A stretch of 63,953 nucleotides of DNA, counting the filler, from Chrysochromulina tobinii (Eukaryota): NCBI GenBank assembly GCA_001275005.1. It is 6 parts of 6 records of this genome, joined end to end, with 100 filler letters (N's around TTAATTAATTAA, not from the genome) between each part and the next. Parts side by side here need not be neighbours in the genome. Positions count along the whole stretch, not along the records: positions 50,794 to 56,017 come from JWZX01001352.1; positions 56,118 to 62,015 come from JWZX01001353.1; positions 62,116 to 63,953 come from JWZX01001379.1; 3 more parts are not named here. One strand, 5' to 3'. Within the stretch, counting starts at the first letter, position 1, and every line of letters starts with the position of its first letter. Below the pieces are notes generated by a model that was not told where the DNA came from, made no database searches, and was given only the letters and a program-made list of their open reading frames with translations. Positions 54,601-63,953 of the stretch are shown one piece after another. Made by a program: the position numbers and the translations under genes.

Positions 54601-56017
54601 CGGCCTCCGAGATGAAGGCCAGCGGCTTCAACGCCTCGCAGCTCAAGGTGGCCGGGTATGGAGCGCCCGAGATGCGTCTCGCGGGCTTCAGGGCTGTACA
54701 AATGAAGGAGGCGGGGTACTCGGCCAAGAAGCTCAAGATGGCGCAATACAAAGCCTCCGAGATGGACGACACGGGATGGTCCGTCGAAGTGCTCAAGAAT
54801 GCAGGCTACCTTGCCGACGAGCTTCGCTCCGCAGGGCGTACCGCCGGCGAGCTGCTCGAGGTCGGCTTTAATCTGCAGGAGCTCAAGGGTGCCGGCTACT
54901 CGACGCCGGAGCTCCAGGAGGTGGGGTTCACCCCCGAGGAGCTTCGTGCCGCCGGCACGTCCCTTGCCGACCTCACGTCGGCAGGCGCCTCGGTCGCCGA
55001 GCTCAAGAATGCCGGAATCTCTGCGATTGGCCTCAAGGCGGAGGGCGTGTCGCTCATGGAGATGAAGAAGGTGGGCTACACTGTAAAGGAGCTCAAGGCG
55101 GCGGGCTTCACATCCTTCGAGCTCCGCGAGGCCCACTTCCTCGCATACGAGCTCATCGCGGTCGGTTTCACAGCCAAGGATCTCAAGACCGGTGGATACA
55201 ACACCCAAGAGGAGCTCAAGGCGGCCGACATGACCGTTCGCGACCTCAAGGAAGGCGGCTTCAATGCACGCGAGCTGAAGCGGGCTGGGTACTCCGTGAG
55301 TGAGCTCATCGTGGGCGGCGAGTTCAACTTGAAGGAGCTCCAGGACGGTGGCTACTCCACCTTGGACCTCAAGGCGGCGGATATCACGGCGGCCGAAATG
55401 CGAGCGGGCGGCTTCTCCGCAAAGGCCCTCATTTCGGCGGGCTTTGATGCGTACGACCTGACGGGCGCTGGCTTCCTGACTAAGGAGCTGTTCCTCAAGG
55501 GCACAGGCTTTTCCGTGGAGGAGCTCAAGGAAGCGGGGCACACAGCGAAGCAACTCTACGGAGCCGGCGTGAGCGTGTTGCTGCTCAAGGAAGCTGGCTT
55601 CCTTCTTGATGTGTTCTGTGGCCTCGGATGCTCGGCGTCAGACTTGAGGAACGTCGGGTACTCTGCCAAGGAGCTCGAGATGGTCGGGTTCACCGCGCAA
55701 GAGCTCGTCAAGGGCGGGTTCAACGCCAAGGAGCTCAGGGCCGCGGGGTTTGAAGTGCAGGAGCTGAGAACTGCGGGTATGTCGGCGGGCGAGTTGAAAG
55801 AGGGTGGATTCACCGCAGAGGCGCTCAAGGCGGTTGGTGCAGTCGCCAAGGAGCTCAAGGCCGGCGGGTTCAATGCAAAGGAGCTCAAGAATGCCTCCTT
55901 CAACCCGTTGGAGCTCAAAGGAGCCGGGTACAACGCGGCTGAGCTCAAAGACGCCGGGTTCACCGGGCAGGAGCTTGGTCTCGCAGGGTTTGGGGCGCAG
56001 TCCCTGAAGCAGGCGGG
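51616..56017 (+). CDS. Multi-pass membrane protein with an XK-related-like domain and a long C-terminal 10-aa repeat array, 3' truncated
   Basis: LYFADLISDIQVV...IAEVAIESVPQCLLQAY matches the XK ESxPQ motif; (ELKxAGFxAx)n from ~54130. Start uncertain. Confidence 0.75.
54130..56017 (+). repeat. Degenerate decapeptide repeat (ELKxAG[FY]TAx), roughly 60 units
   Basis: Clear 10-residue periodicity in the translation, with diverged DNA. Confidence 0.9.
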
Positions 56018-56117
56018 NNNNNNNNNNNNNNNNNNNNNNNNNNNNNNNNNNNNNNNNNNNNTTAATTAATTAANNNNNNNNNNNNNNNNNNNNNNNNNNN
56101 NNNNNNNNNNNNNNNNN
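56018..56117. other. Artificial contig-joining spacer
   Basis: Same linker. Confidence 0.99.
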
Positions 56118-57186
56118 CGGGGCGCCGCCGCCCAGGCCGCCGCCGCCGAGCCCGCCGCCGAGCCCGCCGCCGAGGCCGCCGAGCCCGCCGCCGAGCCCGC
56201 CAGCGAACGCGTACACGCGCATGTTCATCGCAGCCGCCTGGGCCACGCCAAAGTTCTTGTTGAAGTTCTCCTCGCGGTTCTGCAGCTCGAGCTTGAAGTA
56301 CTTCATCCCTTCGTACGTGCGGCGGCGCACAATCTCGTCCTTCTCGCGCAGCTGCCGGAGGAGCTGTTCGATAGTCGCGAGGTCCTCGGCGCGTGGCTCG
56401 CGCGCATCGAGCCGCGCCTGCAGCCCGCGCAGTTGCTCGCGCAGCTGGCCAACCTGCTCCTGCAGCAGCGCCTGCGCCTTCTGGAACTCGGCCGTCATCG
56501 CTCGCGTCTCGTTCAACTGCTCCGCGAGCAACTGGTCGAGCGTCTCCTTGGCCTGCTGCCGCTCACGCCCGAGCTCGAGGGCAGCCCGCTCCTGCTGCGC
56601 GAGCATCTCGTGCTGCAGCGCCGCCTGCGCTTGCTCGGCCGCCTTGCGCACGGCGGCCGTCTCCTCGGCCGCGCGTGCGAGCGCCTCGCGCAGCGCCGAC
56701 GCCTCGTCGCTCCCCGCCTCGAGCAGAGAGATGAGCCGGCGGATCTCGGAGCGTGCCGCCTCGAGCTCGGCCGCGCTCGCCTCCTGCGCCGCGTGCAGCT
56801 CGTCCGCCGCGCGTGCCATCGCATCGTGCAGGGCGCGCATGTGCTGCGAGATGAGCTCCGCCTCGCGGCTGGCAAGCTGCTGCGATGCCGCCTGCTTGAG
56901 CTCCGCCTCCTGCTGCGCCTTCGCCTGGGCTGCCTGCATCTTGAGCAGCTCCCACTTGGAGGCACCCTCGGCACGCGCCTGCTCGATCGCGAGCTGCGCC
57001 GCGCGCCGCTCTGCCTCCGCCTGGGCCAGGGAGCGCTCGTGAGCGGCGCGTGCGGCCTCTGCGCTGGCTGCCTCGCGCGCGCGCCGCTTTGCCTCCGCCT
57101 GCGCCGCTGCCCTCGCGCGCTCCGCCTCACCGCTCAGCTGCTCGAGCTGGCCTTGGAGCAGGTGCTCGGCTTGCGCACGCTTGCCT
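56118..57186 (-). CDS. FAM184-like coiled-coil protein (internal/3' exon, truncated at contig end)
   Basis: Long coiled coil; REPRAEDL and KYFKLELQNREENFNKNF resemble the FAM184 C-terminal motif. The frame opens after the CACAG acceptor at 57187. Confidence 0.65.
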
Positions 57187-57435
57187 CTGTGCTATTGTGC
57201 TATTGACTTCTCAACAGGTGCCCGCACCGGGACTCCGGGAGAGAAGCCGCGAGTGGCCCAGCGGCGCACCACTCCCTCGAGAGGTCGATGTCCATTCGGA
57301 GGGCACAATGCGTGCGGACCTCGCCCGCCGCCACCGTCAAGCGCTGCCGCCGTGCAGGGACGTGCACTCTGGCCCCTTTGTGCTCCCGCGCCTACCATCC
57401 CACCATCGAGCGACGCGTGAAAGTCCACAAAGGAC

Positions 57436-57660
57436 AAGTCAAGTCAAGTCAAGTCAAGTCTCTGGCACTTTTGTGCTCGGGGCGCGCCCAAGCGTGCGCC
57501 AGCCACGTCCACCACCGTGGCCATATAAATGTATGTGCATGATGGTCACTGTCGAAACGTGAATAGTTTGAATTGTGAGAACAGGGGCCGGGGCGCCAGG
57601 CTGCGTCCCCTGAGTTTCTTTTGTTCAAGTTCAAGTTCAAGTTCAAGTTCATTCAAGTCC
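57436..57660 (+). repeat. (CAAGT)n and (CAAGTT)n short tandem repeats in intergenic DNA
   Basis: aagtcaagtcaagtcaagtc at ~57437-57460 and caagttcaagttcaagtt at ~57626-57650. Similar CAAGT runs occur at ~27706, ~39706 and ~50460. Confidence 0.85.
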
Positions 57661-57931
57661 TTGAACTTGAATTTGCCGTTTTGTGTTGAAAACAGAATTA
57701 TGAAAAGGTGTATTTTTTTCATCCCGGTAATGGGGATCTGAGGAGGTTCTCGCCCCCCCCCTAAGACCTTTGGGGACTGCTTTTCCATATTTTGCTGCAT
57801 ACCGAAACTTTATTCGCCTTTTTTTGCTGATTGCTAGATGAGAACGCGAGCTGCGCAGCTCAAGTCGGCTTCTCGGCACCTTCGCATCAAACATAGGAAT
57901 CCTCGGCGAAACGGGCGACGTTCCGTGGAGA

Positions 57932-60900
57932 ATGCCGGTCCTCGAAGTCGTACCTCCGTCAAGCACGCGCGCCTCACAAGATGGCAACGATCGCCAAGGA
58001 TTCTGGCGCCGCGGCCTGCGACCCCGTGGACCTGCCTTGAAGCTAGAGGACATCGAGTCGGCCAAACCGAGCCGCCAGTCCCTCTGGATTCACCCCAATG
58101 AGCTTCTAGCCTCACGCATCTGCACCTTCCTGAGCCACCTGCTGCTCAGCGTTCCGTCGGCGTTCATGATCATTGTGGCGATCTGCGCTATCTACTATCT
58201 GCAAGACTATCACGACTTTGCCATCATCTTGTTCTTCGTGATCGGGAACGCTGCTCTCTGCGTCTTTGAAGAGGAAGTCAATGCGATCCACGTGATGAGC
58301 GAGTCTGAGAGCAGCACCGGCATCTACAACACCTCCGTCACCCCAATGAGCGAGGTCATCGAGAAGGCCGCAGATCTGCTCCCCCACCAGCCGATCATCG
58401 CCAATTTCGTCCACCACAACCCTTGGGAACGGTTCCAGCACATGCCCTTCTTCGACGCGCTCGAGCACGTGTCGAGGCTCTCGGCGTACATGTCGCCTGC
58501 GGAGCGCCTCTATTCGCTTACTCTCGCCGACCCGCGCCTGTGCGCCAACGAGGCCGTCGCGGAGCTCGCCGCAATCTTCCTCGATCTCGGAGCGGCCAAG
58601 TGGGCGGCGCCCCATCGCCAGCACGGCTTCGTCTACTTCTTCGCGTCCCTCGAGTGTTGTGGCCTTGCGCCGTGGCGAGGACTAGCGCGCGCCTACGCGC
58701 GTGGTATCCTCGCCGAAGGCCCTCAGTCAGCCGTGTCCTCGCCGCGGGCTTCGGGCGACTGCCCGTCACCGCCGACTCTGGCTGAGAGACTCATCCAAGA
58801 GAACCTCGACGCGATGGGGGTGCCAGTGGAAGAGCGCATCTCCGCCCTGCGCGCGATCTTGCTCGATCTGCCGGGCTGGGCGGGAATGTTCCTCCGCATG
58901 GAGCACGTCCCATGCGAGGCGCCCGAAGGTGTGCCCGTCCGCCTCGCCGACTTTGCTGCGGTCTACACCACCCTGCAGCGCGCGAGCCTCGAGTGGAGCG
59001 CGCGCCTCGCTGGCCAGGGATGCTATCCGATGAGCACCTTCTTGAAAAACGCGCCAAAGACGCGCCGGACCGATCGGTCCATCTTCGGAGCGGGCGCGGC
59101 GCTCAGTACAACTTGGCGCGACTTGGATCGTACACTCAGCAACCCGTCGGCGGTCGCCGCAAGCGAGCAGATCGCCCGCGCCTGGCCTCTACCCCTGACA
59201 CGCGAGACGCACGCCGGCCTCGAGAAGCTCGAGGATGAGTACGAGAGGATCATGCTCAACACCATCAACAACAACACTCTGGCGTCGCCCGCGAGCGCGC
59301 ATGCCGCGCGGTACCCTACAGATGGAACCACGCCGCCGCCCAAGGAGCGTCCGTCGCTGATGTTCTACACGTGCTTCGACGAGCGTGAGTGCTCATTCCG
59401 CCGCTACATCGAGGCAAGCGCGACTTCGGCGAACGAGATCGAGACCTTCGGCGTGCCCGGCTTCTTCCATCTCGCCATCCGCCACTACAAGGCGTGCCCG
59501 GGCTCCAAGGAGTGGATCTCCGCCCCCGAGGGCTCCGTGCCCCCCGCGGGCCACAAGATGGTCGAGGTCGAGAAGAACCCAAAGCACACTGCGCGCGCTC
59601 GGCTCGTCGCTCGCTTCGGCTGGCTCTTCGAAACCTGGTCGTTGAACCCCTTCACCTCGCTGGTCTGCGGCGCAAGCCTCAGCGTCTGCAACCTTGTACA
59701 CCTGTGGATGGTATCCTGCCTGCCGACGGCGCGGCGCGAGCTCGCGGACATGTGCATGGAATGCTTCGTGCCCCCATCCGAAACGGACTTTAGCATCCCG
59801 TACACTCCGGAAGAGGCGGCTGCGCGCCTCAAGCAGATGTTTCATAACATTGGTGTTCGCCAGCACTTTGCTCCGCTTGTCACCGCGCTGGCCCACGGCT
59901 CTCGCTCCGTCAACAACCCCTTCGACTCTGCGCACAACTGCGGCGCGTGTGGAGGGCGCGAGGGCGGCGCGAACGCGAGGATGTTTGCGCGCTGCGCAAA
60001 CGACCCCGCGATCCGGCAGGCACTCGATGAAAAATTCGGCATTGTCATTCCCAGTGACACGTGGTTTGTAGGAGGCTATCACGACACGACCTCCGACCTC
60101 GTCGAGCTGTATGATTTGGAGGCCGTGCCTGAGACTCATAAGCAGGCTCTGGCGCGCGCCATCGCCATCCTCGAAAACTCACGCTGCCAGAACGCCCTCG
60201 AGCGCTCCACCAAGTTTATCGGCATCGTAGGCTTCGGCACCGAGCAGATTTCGACCCCAGCGCAGGCGATCGCGCATGTGATGACGCGCTCCGTCGATAT
60301 CGGCCAGGCGCGGCCCGAGCTCGGCCATGCGACCAATGCGAGCATCGTCCTTGGTCGGAGAGTTCTCACGAAGGGCTGCTTCCTCGATCGTCGCCCCTTC
60401 CTCCCCTCGTACGACCCGTTCAACGACGATGACCGAGGATCCAATCTGGAGACCATCCTCGCCCCCGCCCTCATCGTCGCATCCGGCATCAACCTCGAGT
60501 ACCTCTTCTCCACCATCGGCGGGGGAGCGGGCACCAAAGCGCCCATGAACCTCGTTGGCCACTTCGGAGTGAGCCAAGGCTCAGCCGGCGACCTCCTCGT
60601 CGGTTTACCCACCCAAATGACGGAGTTCCACACACCGGTGCGCGCACTCTACGTGATCGACGCGCCCGTCTCACGCGTCGAGGAGGTCCTCAAACGGCGC
60701 AAAGAGCTCGCCAACCTCGTGTACAATGACTGGGTGCGCATGGTGATCAGAGACCCAGTTTCCAAGGACTTTTATCGGCAGGAAGGCGGCAGCTTCAAAC
60801 TGCTCTCGCCCGACGCGTACGACCTCCCTCCGGGTGCAGCCACCCATACTGTCTCGGGCTCAACCACCCACACGACCCAAACCGCCAAGTTGGTCTACCC

Positions 60901-62015
60901 GCCCACCACGGCTAAGGTCGAGCACGTCTCGCCAGCCCCTCAGATGAACTGGTACGGCAGGTTGGCCATCAAAGAGCTCGCGTACACGCTCCTCTGCATG
61001 GCGGGAGCCATCGTATCATGCGCCGGTCCGATGGGCATGACGTTCAAAGAAGCCCGCCCGCCAATGTTGGCGGCCGCTCCGGCCGTCTCGGCGTGCGCCA
61101 CCGCCATCACCCTGTGCGTCCTCGTCTTCTCTCACCGCTACTTGACGGGCGAGGCGATGTTTGGCCGAATGCAAACCCTGAAGACGATGATGCTCGTTGG
61201 CTTCAATCTGGTAGTCTCGGCATCGGATCTCCATGAGATGTCGCTCGGATGGGCGGTAATCGGCTTCGCGTCCACCTTCCTCATAGGCGCGTTCTCGGAT
61301 CGGCCGACTGCTCGAGATAACGCGACTTTCGCATTCCTCGTCTACTGTCTGTCGGACATCGGCCTTCTGCTCGCCGCCGCATTCGCTCTCCCGAACGCAT
61401 ACCCATCCTGGTATCCAACCCTCTCCGCGGGCGCAATGCAGGCGAAGCTCGACCATTATCCGGCAAACTCGATGGACATCTGCGCTGCCGGCCTTGTCAT
61501 CAGTGCCCTCATCAAATCGTCCCAATTCCCCGTGACCGGCCTCCTCATTCGGTCCATGGAAGGTTCCTCCCCCAACTCGGCCATGGGATACGCCGGGATC
61601 TCGTCGCACGTCGGTGTCGTACTGCTCTGCGGCACGCTCCCTCTCTGGTTCCCTCTCACCTGGGCACGCGCGCTGGTTGGCGCGGTTGGCGGCTTCACCG
61701 CCATCCAGTCGGCGTGTATTGCCCAAGTTCGCGCTGACCGGAAGGGTGGGCTCGCCGCTGCGACCGCTGGCACGATCGGCACCCTTTTCTGGATTCTCGC
61801 GGCCTCGGGCATTCCAGAGCTGGTCCTCGTCCTCTGCCTCTGCCATGCGGGGCTCAGAATCACACAAGTACTTGGCTGTTGCAATTGGCTCCTTGAGTGG
61901 GATCGGCTCGCAGACGCGCTCGGCCATCATGCCGTCGCACCGAGCCACGTGCCAAGTGTTGTGTATAAGCTCGGCTGGGCATTCAACCGTCTTCACACCG
62001 ACTTTAACATCCCCC
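57932..62015 (+). CDS. dabA-dabB: Fused DabA (DUF2309/MpsB, beta-CA-like) and DabB (NuoL/ND5-like, MpsA) inorganic carbon pump, 3' truncated
   Basis: DabA motifs: PHQPIIANFVHHNPW, LPGWAGMF, CFDERECSFRRYIE, ETFGVPGFF, HGSRSVNNPFDSAHNCGACGG..GGANAR, GIVIPSDTWFVGGYHDTT, RPELGHATNA, RRPFLPSYDP and GINLEYLFST. These are followed by many TM helices with ND5-type motifs: GW..IGFASTFLIG, KSSQFP...SMEGSSPNSA, DRKGGLA and CHAGLR. Confidence 0.92.
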
Positions 62016-62115
62016 NNNNNNNNNNNNNNNNNNNNNNNNNNNNNNNNNNNNNNNNNNNNTTAATTAATTAANNNNNNNNNNNNNNNNNNNNNNNNNNNNN
62101 NNNNNNNNNNNNNNN
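62016..62115. other. Artificial contig-joining spacer
   Basis: Same linker. Confidence 0.99.
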
Positions 62116-62526
62116 TGTCTGGCCGAGGAGGTCGGTCTTGGGACCTTTCCTTCGCAGACTTCGATTGACTGCAGTGCGGCTACAGCCTCGAGGTACGCTC
62201 TGGGCACCTTTGCGGATGGTAGGAAATCAAGTGCGGGTGCGAGCGCGAGGAGCGCCACGAGGGCGAGTGCCATTGCAAGAGGCTCCACTTCTCTTTGCCT
62301 GCCTTGATTTGAGCTAACGCGGGATGTAACGGAATTGTGTTGCATGCCGAGTTTTGTACTGGTGGCACTTCTCGCGTCGTAGTGATTCTTCGGAATGGGC
62401 TGCCGGCACTTCGCTGGGATTTGCTTTGCGTTGACTCCCTAAATTGGCTGCGCTTCCGAAGAGGGCAAGTTCGCTGCTTGTAACGCTGTCGGCCGAGCCT
62501 GCTTTGCAGGACCTGTACTCGCCGCG

Positions 62527-63804
62527 ATGGTGACGCCTATCTTTGCCGTGGTCGACGTGCGCACTGCGGCCGAGCTTGTCAACTTCAGTTACCCGATGCC
62601 GGCCGTGTCCGCCGGCCTCAAGCGCATCCTTGACTCGCCCAATTGCCAGGCGGCTGCTCGCCTGCTGCCGGTGATCGCCAAGATCCACGGCTTGACCTCG
62701 CTTACGGTGATCGACATCTGCTACGTCGGTGGCGGCGTGCTGATGAGCGGCTACAAGACCATCGACAAGGTTCTCGAGGAGATGGCCGGTAAGAGCGTCG
62801 CCGACGGCACCACCAAGGGCCTCGACCACGACCTGCACTCGAACTTCACCAAGTGGCGGCAGTGCCTCATGATGCTGCACCGCGAGGCCACCGACGTCGA
62901 GAAGGAGGACCGCGAGGAGTTCGCCGCGCAGGTCAGCATCGAGGACAAGGTCAAGTGGTTCGCCGGTCAGTATCACTTCACGCCGGAGGCGAACACGTAC
63001 TGCTCGGGCGCGTATTCGAAGTGCCTCCTGAAGCAGGGGCTGACCTACGAGATTGACCAGCGCACTGACTATCGTCGCGCCAAGTCGGCTAGTGCTCGTC
63101 GCGGTGACCTGTTTGTCCCGGACAAGGGCAAGAAGACGGACGTCCCGGAGAAGGTCGTCATCGCGACCGGGCAGGATGTGTTCGACTGCCTCGTCCGCAA
63201 GTTCATGACCCTTCTGCTGCTCTTCGGCGACGCGGACATCATGTCGCACGGCTTCACTAACGGCTCGTATGGCGCCCTTGCTGGTACCATTCGCTGGATC
63301 ACCCTCGCGGATGTGTACAAGCTCAAGAAGGCCGCCGCCGGTCTGGCTAAGGTTACCCGCGCCAAGGCCGAGGAGCTCGTAGACTGGTTCGAGGAGAAGA
63401 TCTCGGTCGCGGTGAAGGCGCCCTTCCTGCGGACGCTTGCGTGCGCCCTCGGCGAGAACAGTGACGTCTTCGAGGCGCGCATCGACTCGCGCGTTGTGGC
63501 TGCAACGCCGCCGGCCACCAAGCGTGAGAAGCTCGACGTGGGGCCGCCTTCTGCGCCTTCGAAGAAGCAGAAGAAGGCTGCGGCCAAGGCGGCCAAGCTT
63601 GCCGCCGAGGCTCAGGCTGTCAAGAAGTCCGAGGGCAAGAAGGAGAAGGACGACGATAAGAAGGTCAAGGAGGGCCTCGAGCGCATGGACGGGGGCAATC
63701 CGGCCGGGCCGCCTTGCCGCAACTATGCCAAGGGCACGTGCGTCGGCAAGTGCCGCTTCTCGCACGAGGCTGTCGCTTCGCCCGAGGAGGATTCCGAGGA
63801 GTAG
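62527..63804 (+). CDS. Hypothetical protein with a Lys-rich tail and C-terminal CCCH zinc finger (possibly a gag-like retroelement ORF1)
   Basis: Intronless 425 aa with strong GC3 bias; C-x7-C-x3-C-x3-H (CRNYAKGTCVGKCRFSH). Confidence 0.6.
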   Translation: MVTPIFAVVDVRTAAELVNFSYPMPAVSAGLKRILDSPNCQAAARLLPVIAKIHGLTSLTVIDICYVGGGVLMSGYKTIDKVLEEMAGKSVADGTTKGLDHDLHSNFTKWRQCLMMLHREATDVEKEDREEFAAQVSIEDKVKWFAGQYHFTPEANTYCSGAYSKCLLKQGLTYEIDQRTDYRRAKSASARRGDLFVPDKGKKTDVPEKVVIATGQDVFDCLVRKFMTLLLLFGDADIMSHGFTNGSYGALAGTIRWITLADVYKLKKAAAGLAKVTRAKAEELVDWFEEKISVAVKAPFLRTLACALGENSDVFEARIDSRVVAATPPATKREKLDVGPPSAPSKKQKKAAAKAAKLAAEAQAVKKSEGKKEKDDDKKVKEGLERMDGGNPAGPPCRNYAKGTCVGKCRFSHEAVASPEEDSEE

Positions 63805-63953
63805 AGCTGCGTAGCCTTTTGCCTCATAAGGCTCCTCGTTCGCTGATTCGCGGGTGGGTGGGTGGCCAGAATCACGAACGCGCTTCGGGCGCGCTCCGTA
63901 GCGCGTCTGCATGCCGCGAGTCAGCGGCTTGCTTTCGCATTGGAGGATTCCGT

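Noticed and set aside
60975..62015. ND5-like region as a mitochondrial nad5 insertion (NUMT) or complex I subunit
   Set aside because: GC-rich nuclear-like codon usage, in frame with DUF2309, and no other respiratory genes; it fits DabB.
19667..62115. Recurrent TTAATTAATTAA palindromes within N runs
   Set aside because: Artificial contig linkers. ORFs ending in X...LIN are truncated genes, not real C-termini.
62314..63912. 532-aa minus-strand ORF
   Set aside because: Antisense shadow caused by GC3-biased codons of 62527..63804.

Overview
GC-rich eukaryotic DNA, most likely a haptophyte (Chrysochromulina/Prymnesiales-like) alga. This assignment is inferred from spliceosomal introns, RNI/NLRC3-type LRR genes, exostosins, an anoctamin, a TRPM channel and an SLC25 carrier. 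The window is six contigs joined by artificial 100-bp spacers (44 N + TTAATTAATTAA + 44 N) at 19667-19766, 29768-29867, 50694-50793, 56018-56117 and 62016-62115, so adjacency across spacers means nothing. About 25 protein-coding genes can be supported; most other ORFs in the track are high-GC shadow frames. Top finding: 57932-62015 encodes one polypeptide fusing DabA/MpsB (DUF2309, beta-carbonic-anhydrase-like, with all four Zn-site residues present) to a DabB/MpsA NuoL/ND5-like membrane subunit. This is a prokaryotic-type energised inorganic-carbon (DAB) pump on a contig that also carries a eukaryotic FAM184-like gene. Other highlights: a family of repeat-built introns with a shared 3' end and local exon duplication (introner-like), a TRPM channel with about 8 C-terminal EF-hands, a lipoyl-domain/J-domain fusion, an XK-like membrane domain fused to about 60 decapeptide repeats, and an inverted diverged copy of the anoctamin 5' end.
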